This document shows, in pieces, positions 1 through 15,893 of a DNA stretch of 64,000 bases (its first letter is position 1; each line of letters begins with the position of its first letter). The notes under the pieces are model-generated. The model had not been told where the DNA came from. It did no database searches and saw only the letters and a program-made list of their open reading frames with translations. The translations under genes were made by a program, and so were the position numbers. The stretch lies in NCBI RefSeq assembly GCF_009914755.1, contig NC_060940.1. One strand, 5' to 3'. The stretch is from the human T2T-CHM13v2.0 reference genome, Homo sapiens.

Positions 1-849
1 ACTCATTTGCTACAGGAGCCCTGTTCACAATCATCATGGCCCCAGCATCATCTTTAAATCATGTGAATGTCATTCCCTTCCCTCTAACCCAAGTTAGCTG
101 ATCAAAGAAATTCAAGTATCTGGTTGGTTTTGAAAACCCAGAAGTTGGGAGTTTTCCTCCTGATGCCTTTGATCTCCAGGTCCTGAGGGGGATCTCAGCA
201 TAAACGAAGACCTGCTTCCCTCTAACTCTAGCTGAGTTCACAAATACCCAGATTGACAAATCTTGACTCGGCAAAAGAGCTCCTTTATTATATCTCCCAA
301 CGTATCTCAGTGTTTGAGTGGAGGCCATTAGCTAATTGACAGAGAGCCTGTTGAGGGTGGGGGAAGTGAGGGCAGGAGGAGGCAGAGACACTAGAATTAA
401 ATGGCAAGAGACCTTGCCAGTTGGAGTGGATTCAGAAATGATCAACTGTCTTGGGGATCGATGAGAAAGAAAGAATAAAGTAATAAGGATTCCAATGTAT
501 CAAAACACTACTGATGCGCAGGGACATGTTTTGCTTTTGTTCTTTTAAAATAAATTTTCATTCGGGTCCATTGCTTAAACCATTTTACCCCCAAGCCCTC
601 TGACAAACTGTCAAAGATAACTCACTGCGCAAAGCATTGAATCTTTCTATCCATCTACCCATCATGCATCTCTCTACCCATATATCTAAGTACATCTGTG
701 GATAGTTGTGCTAGGCACTGTCTATCTGTCCGTCTGTCTATCTATGGACGTTGGATTGCATATACCAAGCCCATTTCTCCAGCTTTGCCTGAATGTTAGC
801 AAATCTTTCTACTAGTCAAGGCAACTTTATTTTCTTGCAAAATAGGAAA

Positions 850-1070
850 GCAGTTGAGAAGATAAGATTCTGATGTCATGCAACCCTGAGTCTAATGTGC
901 ATCAACACTATCTGCTTCCTGTGTGACCCTGGGCAAGTTACTTAGCCTCTCTGACCCTTAGGTACCTCATGTGGAAATCGGGTATCACACAAACACCTGT
1001 GTAACCATGGCATTTGAGGATAAAATGAGAGAAGTCAGTTCTTGGCAAATGGTAAATGTTAGTAAGAATG
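850..1070 (+). mobile_element. MIR SINE relic
   Basis: MIR core tgtgtgaccctgggcaagttacttagcctctctga...tgaggataaaatgag; boundaries approximate. Confidence 0.8.
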
Positions 1071-2683
1071 AGGATAAGAATAATGCCACCTAGCCACTCA
1101 CTGAACTCCTTTTTTATTTTTTTTTCATTTCTAGGTCACCTGATTCGCTGGCAGTCACCATCTGGAGACCAGAGGAGCATTCATCACTGCAAGTCAGGGC
1201 TTCCTTGGTGCCTCCCCAGGGGCAGCCTGCCGAGCCGGGAAGCTGACACCAGGGATTTAAACCTTCCTCGGCTTCCTCATTCTATTAATCTGGCCGTTAA
1301 GCAGAGAGTCCTGCTGATGCCAACAGATGCAAAGCTCTGCTGTGCTAATGGTAAAGAGCATTAGAGGAGTCCTCAGCAGCCAATCAATCCATCTCCCCCA
1401 ACTCAGAACAGCTGCACAGGGACAGATTAACCAAGCGATGGCTGAGGACCGTTGCAATTCACACGAGGGAGAGAGGGATGCGTGAAGGAAAGGGCCCCTG
1501 CACAGCCGTGTTCTAATGCAGGCCAGGTCTTGGACAAGCAAAGCGGCTGATGCATTGTGCAAGGACACAGCTCTCAGTGAAATCTAACAGGCAGGCTAAC
1601 CTGTGACAGCTGGGCTCAAGATGGAGCAGGCGATGCTGTCCTTAGAAGCCAAGTGCACTGGGAGAAAAGCGGGAACTGACCCAGGGCTCAGGGTACATCT
1701 GTCACCTAACCTCTGCAGAGTTAATTCTTCCAAGCTTGGCCACATCTGCCATCTTGTTCATGGCATATGGGTAACATTTGAGGCACTACTTCCTGCCAGA
1801 AAGGGACCTGACCCCCTTGTCTGACCTGCCTGCAGGCAGCTGAACAGGATCCCATCATTCACCTCACAATGGGCTGAGGCCAGCACAAAGTCAGATCTGG
1901 CCACGGGCTTGTGCCAACAGTCACAAAGAAACATTTGCACTTTGGTTGGGTTCCAACATCTCTTTAACATGGGAAATCAGAACTCGGGGAGCGAGAACAA
2001 TATTCCCAGGCTCCCCAAAGACAGGGAACCAAATGAGACTGATGGAGCATCGTTTGCAGACAAATTGAAGCTCTTCCCCAATGGCATAGCACAAATGCTG
2101 AGAGTCTACCTTGTGCCATTGCTGGTTGCAGATGGAGGTTCAGGTCCCTTGGGCTAACAGATTGGACTTTAAGAGTCGCCACTGTGTAAGGAGCTGCTGC
2201 TGGAAGCCTCAGGTGCTGGCCAAAGCCACTGGTCTGCAACTCCTCTTTCCCATGAGGGTTTTGAAGGGCTGATGGGGTGGTGTCCAGAGTGAAGGATACA
2301 GGAAGGTCAAAGACAGAACCATCCAGGGATTCTGCTGTTCCACTCCCAGGAGATAAGATTTGACTTCCAGAGTTCCGGACACAGATGTTCGCCCATGGGT
2401 TTTCATAAGTTTAATAGGGTATCCTTCTGGGGAAGGATAAGGAAAAGAAGGACCATCATTTTAAAAACACACCGTGGAAGTTCTCTCATAGTCCCTGGGG
2501 TAGACTGGGTAGAGACACGTTTCCCAAAGGGTAGCACACACATCTCTGATAGGAAGTTTAGGTGACATCAGAGGGTGCGTACAGGAACAATATTTTCACA
2601 GTTTAATATCTATTTTAATGTTGTGCAAAAAAATATATAACTAGCCCTTCAAACTTGTGGTTCCATGAATATTATTGCTTGAG

Positions 2684-3211
<528 letters not shown>

Positions 3212-3905
3212 AGATTAAGGTAAGTCTATTTCTGAAAGCAAAGTGAGTTATGTTAAGGAAAAATGTATTTTTAGGTGACTTTATAGAATAGATGAAATTT
3301 ACATAAGGCAAAGGTGGTCAAGGTGATAAGGACAGACAAAACCAAGCCAGAGGACAGCCAAACAGGCAGAGGAAACCGAATCCTTTTCCTCCTCAGAGCT
3401 GCACCTTCTATACTTCCCTGCCGGCCCTGGCGCCTGGTCAGCCCTGGGGCCCCCGTGGCTATACCTGTGTGCCAGAGAATGCAAGGACAGAAAAGCACAA
3501 GGAAACTGTGAAGATCTGCTGGCCTTCCCCATCAGGGAGGAAGCAAGGAAGGTCTCCTCATTCCTCTTAGGAGAACCCAAGCAGAGATGCCAAGGAGAGG
3601 GCAAGGACCCAAGGTGGAGGAGGCAAAGGCCAGGGGAGCAGGTGGTCTTTTCCAGTCCACCCCAGAAACCCTTGAAATCGCTGAGCTGTCATTCAGCCTT
3701 GAAACGTTCGAACAGGTTTGACTGTGTCTGACACTTGCAAGCTATTCACTGTGGGGCTCTGAACGAGGCCTGTCCTGTCTGCCTACTCTCTTTACTGTCA
3801 GCCAAACCCAAAGAGCTAAGGAAATGATTAATCCAAAGATAAGAAACGTCCCCTTCAGATCCAGCAGGAAAAGTAACAGTTCTATTGGTTTAAAAAGCTG
3901 CCACT

Positions 3906-4213
<308 letters not shown>

Positions 4214-4214
4214 C

Positions 4215-4450
4215 TACCACTCACAAGCACTTAGCACGTACCCCGGACTTTATAAACATCATTTCCTGTGACCCTCAACCACAACTCTGCAAGGTGGGCA
4301 CTATCACTGGGATGACGTTTCAGATGCGAAGACACTGGCTTAGACATTATGTGGCCCCATGAACACTGCAGGGCTAGAAGACACAGAGGTGGAATTCCAC
4401 CTGGCTCTGTTGAACTCCAAGGCCTATACTCATAGCTGCTGCACTGTCCT
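4215..4450 (-). mobile_element. MIR relic
   Basis: cctcaaccacaactctgcaaggtgggcactatc...cagatgcgaagacactggcttaga. Confidence 0.65.
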
Positions 4451-5129
4451 AGCTCCCAGGAAGGCAGAAAGCAGACAGTCAGGGCCGTGCCCTCCCTTAC
4501 AAGACCCGCTGGTCATCCTCCTCCCCACACGGAAATGCCACTGCAATCACAATTCCTCAGAATGGCCTAACACGCAAGCAGATGAAAGGGTGCAACTTCC
4601 TTCCATATGCTGCCCTCACTGCCAAGGAATAAAAGTCCTCCAAGTTCAGGCATCAAAGAGTAGCATCTTCCCACTTCATGGCTCTCCTCTGTCTCCTCTC
4701 TCCTTTGCATGAACCTCCGCATGATGGTTGGGCAGGAGCGAAGGACAGACGAAAACTCAAAAGAAATGATTATGGTTCTCGCCACAGGTGGGAGGGGCAC
4801 CAGACACCTGGGTGCGAATGTGCACCCATGCACACCCACACCATTGCACACACGTGTACACTATATGCCAGTGTGTATACATACATGTGCAGGCACACAC
4901 ACATCCAAATGGGACCAGGGGCAGCCATGGGCCTGTCCAGCCTTTCAGAGCCACGGGACAAGTCCCCTTGAGAGCTGGAATACTAAGGCTGAGATAAGTG
5001 GCCAAGACAGGAAAGATACTTACCTGAGTCTCCAGGGTGATGAGCGGACTTGGGTGTGGATCCTGTAGGATGAAAGGAGAAAATGCACGTGAGGAGTGAA
5101 AAAAAGTTAACTTACTACCCCAGCATCTT

Positions 5130-5447
5130 TTTCTTTCTTTCCTTTTTTTTTTTTTTTAAGAGACAGGGTCTCGCTTTGTTGCCCAGGCTGGAGAGCAGTG
5201 GCATGATCATAGCTCACTCACTGCAGCCTCGACCTCCAGGGCTCAAGTGATCCTCCCACCTCAGCCTCCCAAGTAGCTATGACTACAGGCATGCACTATC
5301 ATGCCAGGCTTTTTTAAAAAATTATTTTTGTAGAGATGGGGTCTCGCTATGTTTCCCAGGCTGTTCTCCAACACTTTGGCCTCAATGATCCTCCCACTTC
5401 GGCCACCCAACGTGCTGGGATTATAAGCATGAGCCACCACGCCAAGC
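5130..5447 (-). mobile_element. AluJ
   Basis: catgatcatagctcac...gggctcaagtgatcctccc (J-type); TSD cccagcatc. Confidence 0.92.
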
Positions 5448-8029
5448 TCCCAGCATCATTTTCAAACAAAGCTTGATTTCCCCAGTGGTCAAGCCACCCC
5501 ACGGGGAGGGCAGCCCAACCTGTGTCCTCCATTCTACAGAGACATCAGGACAGCTTGGCCCAGTCTGCAGGCCGCCCCAACACTTCCTCTCACGCACAAG
5601 TGATGAAAGAGGCTCAAGTTTTTATGAAGGAAATGCCCACATGGAGATCACACAAAACAACAAAATGTAAAGAAAAAAGAAACAAGGCACCCTTGCCAAA
5701 GAGCTCAACGTGTATCCAAACCCTCTATAAGGAGAGTTTGGCTCCGTAAGAGGATTAGGAATAAACCAGAAAGAATATAAAGTCCTGACTAGGAACAAGG
5801 CCATCATCAATTTGTGTCTGATCTTGGAAAGAACAAGGGAAGGAATGAGAGCGAGCAGCTTAATTTCTGGTTTGAGGAGCACATTCCATGGTCTGGGGAA
5901 GGTCTTTTTTTAGGATAGAGAAGGCCAGAGAAATGTCCTATTCATTCACTCTGTACAAAAGCCGATTGACTGGGAATGCTTGGTGGTACTGTCTCGGGTC
6001 ATTAAGCATGAACCCTTTGGGTTGGAGGAGAGACAGGGAGGGTACAGGAGGAGGAAAAGACTGATGGGAGGAGTTGGTGGTGTCCAGTGAGTGGTTTCCA
6101 AAGAAAACAGGAAACCCAGCACATGAAGGCTATTTCTGTCTATACCACGTCTGCTCTGAACTTAATCATCTTGGATTTATAATTCTGGGAAAAACAACCT
6201 CAAGCTTCCTCTGATAGAGAATGGGCATGATTTTAGGGCCCTGAAGTACACATCCAGTTTGAAGCTTTGCTTTGTCTTAGCAGATTTTCCACCACGGGGT
6301 TTTAGGAAGCCATGCAAATTAGCACCAGCCCATTGTCCCATACTGTGAGCAAGAAGGAAATGCAGGGAAATTGGAACTTTCTAAACCCCTTCTCTAGGTG
6401 AGCTGCCATTCACTGTCTTGATGACTGTTCTACGGTATCTTTGTAATGATGCCCAATTCTGAGGAGTGTAAGAGGCACGATCTCAGAAATACGGTGAGCT
6501 CTGCTCAGCTCTGTCCTTTAGGAAGAGGAATTCGTCGTCCCCCAACTCCAATTCTGAGTCCAACTCCCAGTAATTCTCCATTGGTGTAACTGAAAGGAAA
6601 CTGCCAAGAGAACATCCCACTCTAATTCTCACATTCCCCCAGGCATTGAGTCTTCCTCATACCCAAGAAAACATGGAGGGGAATATGTTCTCCCCGTCTC
6701 CCCACATTGCAGCCTTGACCTATAAAGGAATCTGGGGAAGTCATGAAGGAGCTGTTTTGGGCCTGTCTCTTCAAATCCTTACTGATTCCTTCCCAGGGGT
6801 GAAGAAGTGGCAGCTAGGATTGGTAAAACCCGACATTCATAGAGCAACTTTCTTTTGATCAGGCAGGTTTTGTATCACTCGCATGCAGAAAGAGTCTACT
6901 CTGTACTTCCTGTTTCCCTGTGTTGGGGCAGGACCCATTTTTGTCTTTGGGAAGCAAGACCATCCTCCTGGTCTGTGGGTGGCAGCATGAGTCAGACCTG
7001 GTACGAGCTTAGTGGGCGAGAGCATGCAACATCTGCTGTTCAGGTCAGAGTAGTCTGTGTCTGTCTGTCTGTCCATTCAGATCTTACCACCTCGATTTTG
7101 ATTATAAGATAAGAAGCTGCATCTCAGCCTCAAAATTAGCCTCAATCTCCAAGCCAAGTGCTAGCAAAGCACCAGACTGGGGTGTTGGGTGCATGCCCAG
7201 ATTAATTAAGCTGTACTTCACAGACCATTTGGCTATTGTCTGAGACTTAATGCTTCATTGCTTAGAATCTCCAAGAGGTTGAAGAGGGGAGAATGCCATC
7301 CTGACCCCTAAAAGCAGCTCCAATGGACAAGACTTTCCTTGGGAAGTCACAGGAAATCTCTGTCAACTGTGTTGACAAAATCAAAAGCCTGATCTCTAGA
7401 CACAGTGAAGCATCAGCTCTCTATTTGATGTTCCAAAATCAGAGACCTTATCAGTGCATGGTCAGGGATCCAAGATTAAGAAGATTCTGGAAAGCAAAAG
7501 CACAAATGCTATCTATTTAGCATCTTCATTAACTAACTGGGAAGAAGATAAAGTCCTCACAAGGGGCCACATCATTAATACTTGGGTTTCACTTGCCAGC
7601 ATCATTATGCTCTCCTCCCTCTGCACACACTGGAAATGGAAGACTCTCCCTAAAGAGCCTCAGTCCAGAGGATTCAAGGTATGACTATATATCTGTGAGG
7701 TCTCGCTTTCAGCAACATCCTCCTTAATTGGAAAGGCTAACGAAGTGGAACCAGGTCAATGATGCTGTCTGCCTAATCCATCCTATCTGTCTAAATTGGG
7801 ACTCTTTGGTTTACAGTAGAGTAAATTCCTGTCCATCAGAGGAAAGCCTCCTGGAGACCAAAGGGGAATTTGCAATGTGCGTGCACGCTACAGTGGAGTG
7901 CTTTTAGAATCTTAATGCCGGTACCAGTAACCATGGAACCGCCTACAACAAGGAAAGCCCTTTCCTATCATCTATTGCAATGGCTCAGTTGGGGAAGTCA
8001 AATGGGGAACCAGGTGCACTGAATTGGTG

Positions 8030-8440
8030 GCCCTCATTCGTCACAGCTCCTAGATCCATGCCCTCTGGTCATGTGACTCGACAGTTCTTTACTGTGTGCT
8101 TCTGCAGCCCTTAAGCTTGGGTTTGCCCATTTGACTGCTTTGCCCAATGGGAGGTTAGTAGATGTGGCATAAGCAGAAGCTTGAAATATGCTTAGGTGAT
8201 CAAGTGTGGCCTACTGTGTTTTTGCCATTGCCACAAGAGATCATGTCCCCAGTACCTTGCTGGTCCAAGGAGGATGCCAGACACGTGAAACAAACCTGTA
8301 CACAATCTACAGCGTGCAGCCACGCCCCGCCTAGATCAGCCGACCCCCTGCCAACACAGAGAAAATATATGCTTGTTGTTTCAAGCCACTGAGTTTTGAA
8401 GTCATTTGTTATACAGCATTATTGTGGCAGTAACTGATAT
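8030..8440 (+). mobile_element. Old MLT1 (ERVL-MaLR) solo LTR
   Basis: Typical 3' end gcttgttgtttcaagccactgagttttgaagtcatttgttatacagcattattgtggcagtaactgata. Confidence 0.75.
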
Positions 8441-8869
8441 ACTTTCTAAACACTGACCTCGATAGATCAAAAAGTGTTGTCACAAACACTCACAGACTCA
8501 GAACCTAAATAATACATGCTCTTTCTCTAAGTCTGCAAATGCATCCCAGGAACCTGAAATTACTACAGCTAACAGCGATCATTTATAGAGGGCCTCCTAG
8601 GTGCCAGGCCCTGTGTGCTAGCTCTATTATTACATCAAGCAAGGAAATAAGTGACCATCAGGATCTTGCATGCCTCTGAATTAGCCTTCAATCCTGTGTG
8701 CCCAATATACCAGTCCTTCTGAATTTATTATTTAGATACCAACACAACATGACAGGAAATGATTACTCAGAATCCTTTTGCCTGAAAATACATACAGTTT
8801 TCATTCCTTTGGTTTATTCTTAACTTTGTCCTATGGGCATATTACTTGACTGAGGTTCTGAACAGTTGA

Positions 8870-9110
8870 ATACTAGCAATAAATGACATTTGTTAAGTTC
8901 TCACTATGTTCCAGGCACTGGGCTTAACTTCTATGCGTGTATCATTTCGTTTACCCCTGTAATAACCCTAAGAGGTAGATACTATCATTATCACTATCAT
9001 TAGTATAGAGATGGAGAAACTGATGACCAGAGAGACTGGTAACCTGTCCGAGTCACACAGATGCTGTTGAAAGCCTGGATCTGATCCCAGCATCTTACAC
9101 TGGAGAACAC
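8870..9110 (-). mobile_element. MIR relic
   Basis: actatgttccaggcactggg...aataaccctaagaggtagatactatc...gagaaactga. Confidence 0.75.
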
Positions 9111-10321
9111 TGGGTTCCACTCTTTCACAAGAGCTCTGCTGGAAAATATATTATTACTTTAGACAAAATAATCCTACAATTTTTGGATAATGTCTATCAA
9201 AATCAAGAATACTTACAGCAAATAAGCAGTACCACCTTAACAAATACCGTAATCTTTTTTTTTTTACCATCTGTCTTTTTTAAAAAGGTAGCGGACATGG
9301 TTGATAGAAATTAGCACACATATCATGACTAGAAACAAAACAGTCACTTTGCCACAGCAAGGAACCATGTAAAGTTAGCTAAATCAATCCACACGTGTTT
9401 ACTAAGTTCCGATTCAGTAGCTAGCTCTATGCGTGGCAGGCACCATGAGGGAGACAGAAATGAGTTTAAAGTGACTCTGTGTACACTGCTATTCCCAAAG
9501 GTAACTGTTTAAATAAGAGGCAGGAGCCTGATTACAGGTCTTAGAGCAATGAAACTTGTCTACACCTCAAAAGTCTTGCTTGTAAGACCAAGAAGCCAGG
9601 CTCAAGGCCAAAGGCTTAATTTTAACAAGCAATTAAGCCCCAACAAAGAAAGTAGAGAGAGGAGGAGGACTTTGTTCGTTATCATTCCACACATACATCA
9701 AACCTATCTGGCTCTCCTGGCGGATTCTGAGCCCTGAGCTAAGCCTCAGCCATTGGAAAGCATGTTCTCTTCCTTTGCTTTGAGGACATTCAGAAGACAG
9801 TGCTTGTTCTTTGGTGTTAGGCAATGACATTGGTGTAGAGATAATGACACTGGAACTCACGCCTTCAGAGCCAGGTATCTCCGTGAAGCCCACCAAATCA
9901 ACAACATAGACAATGGACATTTACATGCTACCTTCTTCCACAGACGCTCCCAGGGAACACTTCAGAAGGCTGGCTTGGTGCCTTCTCTCCGCCAAGAGCC
10001 CTCTAATTAAGGCCAGAACTGGGAATCTTCCACCATCAAAAGATGGTGTCTCACTGTCACTCATCATCCAACCACCAGATAACTTGGAAAATCTAAGAAA
10101 CTCTTCTTGGGATTGCAGATCACAGCGAATGAAAACTCACTCATGACTCGAGCCTGCTGGAGAATGTCCAGCTCTAGCCAAGTCTGAATGACCAGCCAGA
10201 AACCTAAAGGGACACTGTCACTTAGCTGCAGGCCTAGTAGTGCAGGACAAAGATGAATTATTCAGTGGGAAAAGAGGGCAGGTTTAGGGGTCGCCCCAGA
10301 GTTCAAACCATACATAACCAC

Positions 10322-11161
<840 letters not shown>

Positions 11162-11604
11162 ACCACCTAGCACCACTTGCGACCTTGGGCAAAGTCCTTA
11201 GCTTCTGTGAGCTTTATTTTTCTCACTGACCCCCACGTAAACAGGTAGGATTATACTTGCCAACAGAGCTACTGTAACAAAGTGGAAAACAGATTTTCTG
11301 GGACCTTTTTGTAAGGGACACTATTAATAATTATACAAGCTTAACAGGTATAAACCCAGACTGTCCCAGGAAACCCTAAGATAGGCTCCTCTTTGTCTTG
11401 AACACAGCATACCACTGACATCATGAGTTGTCGTGAACATTAAATAAAAATAAATACTGTACATAGTTACAACCTCAGAAATGATCTTCTCTTTGATTTC
11501 TTCCTCCAGGCTTACAAAGGCTGAGACATATCCCTCTATACTCAACCCTACTAAACCACAAGTCTTCTGAACTGCAAGTTACCGTAGATACGAGTGCAAC
11601 CTAT

Positions 11605-11614
11605 GTCACGTGAC
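11605..11614. promoter_or_regulatory. Perfect CLEAR/USF-type E-box palindrome GTCACGTGAC
   Basis: Exact 10-bp palindrome in unique sequence; function unproven. Confidence 0.4.
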
Positions 11615-11649
11615 GGCAGTGAACTGAGCAAATTTAGCTAATTCGTTTT

Positions 11650-11830
11650 GAATGCTTACTTTATGCCAAGCATACGAAATTCCTGCAACGCTGCCAAGGG
11701 AGGTATCATGATCCCCATTTTATAGATCAGATAACTGATACTCTCAGAGAATAATTTGCTCAAAAACACAGGGCTAATCAGGAATGGAGCCAGGAGCAGT
11801 AAGCAAGTTTGTAAGTTGCCAGAAACTAGT
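11650..11830 (-). mobile_element. MIR relic
   Basis: atccccattttatagatcagataactgatactctcagaga. Confidence 0.65.
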
Positions 11831-11854
11831 CCTTTAACCGATATCCTGGTGTTA

Positions 11855-11970
11855 ATCAAAAGTATGAACTTACTGAATCAGAATCTCTGGGCAAGGGTCC
11901 AAGGAATCTACATTGTTATGAAACACCCTTGGGGGATTCTTACGTACGCTGAACCGGAGAGACTTTACAT
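11855..11970. mobile_element. MER5A fragment
   Basis: tactgaatcagaatctctgggcaagggtccaaggaatctacatt. Confidence 0.65.
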
Positions 11971-13029
11971 GATACCTAAACTCTACCATGTGTAATGCAA
12001 GACTGAAAAAGCTTCCAAACTGACAAAGAATACGATTCCTGCCTCTGATCCCCAGCCAGCCATCAAGTGTCGGATGCATGCGTGAAACTCTTAAGAGCGT
12101 TGGTGTTCACGCTCTGCACCCCCAAGAAATTTCCAGGACGGGTGCAAAGTGTTCCCTTCTCCCCACTTTGGTGAAGAGATTTGCCTTGCCCTAAAAAACC
12201 TGGCTACCACCCTCCACTTTCCAGCATTTCCTCCTCAGGGAAGTGGGACTCTTTTTCAACTCCTCCTTCTTAGGGTCTCATTGCAGCAACCAAGGTGTTG
12301 CATAACGGGGCTTTCTCTTCAGATGTCCCCATGGGATTTCACACTGGCTCCTAAGACGAAGGCTGGGCACGTGCAGGGCAGGCGGCATGGGGTGATGAGG
12401 GAGGGATGCCAGTGATACAGAGGTGTCCTTGTTCTCTAAAAAAGACTGCATTTGGAATGTGAATGCAGGCCAGAATCACACAGCCCTCACCTTGTTGGAA
12501 AATGTGAACTCACCTTCAAATAGGGCTCAGGGGAGAAAACAGAAACCCCACAGAGAGAACAAGGGGATTCTCAATGTTTTACAGAAACGTTGGCAGTTAA
12601 AACTGGGTGTATTGCGCGCTCTCTTTCTCTCTTTTGTATTAAAAGCTTAAAAAGCTGGTCTTTCTGCTATCCTACTTTCATTCTACATTTTTTTAGCCCA
12701 GGACCCAGAAATGAGCAGTAGAACCTTAAAATGAAGCTTAGGCCCTTGGAGATGGCAATTCATCACCCACAGCCTTGGAAGATAGAGAAACCACAGACTC
12801 ATGGAAACTTGGGAATTATCTTAATGCTTCTCCAGCTTGGTATGTGTATCCTTGAGCACAAATGGTTATCAAAAATCTAAACTCCTGTATTTAATACTTT
12901 GTTCTGTGTGTGCCTCAAGAGGTTTTGTAATTCTTTAAAAAGTACACAGAATTACCATCTTAGAATTACAAGGTTTTGAAGAAACCTACCTGAAAAGATT
13001 AGAGGCTTGAGCTACAGAGTGTTAAGACA

Positions 13030-13265
13030 AGAATGCCCAACTGGTGGCCTGTGGATGCTTCAAGCTGGTTTGCTTTTTTTTTTTTTTTTTGGCCTGCAGC
13101 CTTGATGAAATACTTGAAATCATTCATTGCCAATGTTTTAAAACCAGGATACTTCACATGCAAATCTAGATTTCTCACGTCTCCTTTAAGAACAGAAGAT
13201 TTAGCAACACTGGATGTGTATTCTTGCAAGAAAACAGCTCCAGACTGAGTAGCTGGCCTGGCTAC
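13030..13265 (+). mobile_element. MER102-like (hAT-Charlie) relic
   Basis: tttggcctgcag...ttgccaatgttttaaaaccaggatacttcacatgcaaatctagatttc...gaagatttagcaacactgg. Confidence 0.65.
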
Positions 13266-13434
13266 TGCAAGCAACAGAATTTATCACCCCCATATTAATG
13301 CAAATTGCCTAAGGTCACATAGCTAGTCAATATTGACAATAATCAAAATACCAGCTAACATTGTTCTCACACTGAATGCCAGGTATTACTGTAAGGGGTT
13401 TGTAAATATTATCTTATTTAATTCTTACAACTGT

Positions 13435-13736
<302 letters not shown>

Positions 13737-15577
13737 TTACAAGAACTCCAGGAGGCAGGCACCAAAAGCCCCATTTTACAGATGGTGTAATTGAGGCTCA
13801 AAGGAGAAGTAATTTTTTCAAACTCATTCATTAGTGGGTGGTGAAGCCAGGATTTGAAACAGGGCATCCTTTTGGACCACTAAGCTACCCTGCTTCCCAG
13901 TGGTACAACCACATCTTGAACTGGAATCATTAAACCACAGTTCCTGGTTCTATCAGCATCTGGCACTAAGAAGCCATAAGGAGCACTGAATTGGATCAGA
14001 TGCTCCTCATACTAGATGTTCTCATTTCCTTGCTGCGAGTCTTCAGGTCGACTACTTTGCTTTTTCCAGTGGTTAATGGTAATAATCATCACCATGATCC
14101 TCTCACACTCATTGTGGAGCACTGACTGAGATGTTCTACCAGAGCCCGGCTCAGTCCTGACAGAGTGGGTGGGCCACCAATGTTAGTTCCTCTTAGAAGA
14201 CAATTGGCGACACTTTACAGTGTTTTGCTTTTCACAGCTCAGAGGCATCTCAGACCATAAACAAGACCTGCCACGTGCCAAGAAGGCAGCCGTTACCCGA
14301 CATGGCCCAGACAGGAAGTGCTGGCTAAATCCCACCATGCCGCAAATCTTTCTAAAGGTGGCCACCCAGGCTGTGTTTGAACACACATCCTCCTGGAGCT
14401 GGGAACACACGCCACATCTATAATTCATCCCGATAATTAGCTTTTCCCAGGCACAGGCCGCAGCACCTATCAATTTTGCACCCACTTGCTGTGGTCACCA
14501 AGATGGCAGGTGGCCCAACTGGAACCAATACTGCCAAGTGTCCCACAGACATTGTCTGGAGTTCCAATGATACTATGTGACTTCTGGGACTGCTGGGTGA
14601 GATCTCTGTTCCACAGGAAAATAGTTCATATTTGAGCTCCAGAATCCAAAATCGTGAGTTCAAGAAAAGCACTTAGAGGTGCAGACCAGTTATGCAGCGA
14701 ATTCACAATAAGTTGCCCGAGGCAGCTGTTACTAAGCAGTCCACCTGGCCTCAAATTCTCAATACGGCCCGAGGAGCAGATATTATTAATAGATTCCAGT
14801 TTCCCTAGATGTCCGTCCCTGACCTGAATCAAACCCATCACTGTTTGGTGAGGCATGGGAGATCCAGGAGGAAAGGCCTATTTCCTAAGGGCCACACACA
14901 GTTTGGATTAAAATTCAGTGTAGAATGTCAGTTTTTTGATACCAAATCTGGAGTTCATCCCATTTTGCCAAAATAAATTTCTATGCACATCCCTCCCTGC
15001 TTTTCTTCACTTCCTCCTCTTTTGCTCCTTCACAAGAGCCTCTGACCAGGACATCTATTGTCGAAGATACAGGAAAACTGTGATTCAGCAGTGCTTCGCG
15101 TCTGGAATGACTCCAAGAGGCCACACACAGAACTGCCGACACAAACCACGGGGGGCGGAAAAAACGATCCCAGGAGGTGGGGAGTGGAGAGCTTTGCAGT
15201 CCCAGGCTACAGCTCGGGATGTAGAGCTGCCTTCCTAGGACAGAAGAGAGACGATGAGAACACCTGGCTGGAAGGTGGCCCTGCAGGGGACGGATGGGCC
15301 TTCTACATTTAGAGTCAGGATGGAGTCAGAAAGCTTCAGCAGGGGAGGGACTCTGCCTGCAGCCTGTCCCCTCAACCTCCTCTAATATTTCTTAATGAAA
15401 CGATAGTGACAATGAAGATGACAGCCTTGATGACAGCGCCCAGTAGACCGCTATCATTGGTTAAGTCCTTATGAGATACCATAATTCACCATTTATGAGC
15501 ATTACTTCAATAAACCCACATTCTATCCTCATGAAGTGGCTGTTCCCAGAAGGCCATAAAGACTGGATAGATAGATT

Positions 15578-15893
15578 TTTTTTTTTTTTTTGGTTTTTAC
15601 TTTAAAAAAAAAAAACGACAGGGTCTTGCTCTGCTGCCCAGATTGGAGTGCAGTGATGTAATCATGGCTCACCACAGCCTTGAACTTCTGGGCTCAAGCA
15701 ATCCTTCCACCTCACCCTCCCAAGTAGCTGGGACTACAGGCCTGTGCCACCACGCCTGGCTAATATTTCATTTTTTGTAGAGATGGGGTCTTCCTATGTT
15801 GCCCAGGCTGGTCTTGAACTCCTGGTCTCAAGTGATCCTACTGCCTTGGCCTCCCGAATTGCTGGAATTGCAGGCAAGAGTCAGTGTGCCCAG
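15578..15893 (-). mobile_element. AluJ within a MIR relic
   Basis: Diverged dimeric Alu with gggctcaagcaatcc; MIR gaggaaactgaggctcagaga at about 15975. Confidence 0.88.

Noticed and set aside
9633-9920. Minus-strand 95-aa ORF in unique sequence
   Set aside because: No recognisable homology or convincing splice boundaries; the length is compatible with chance.
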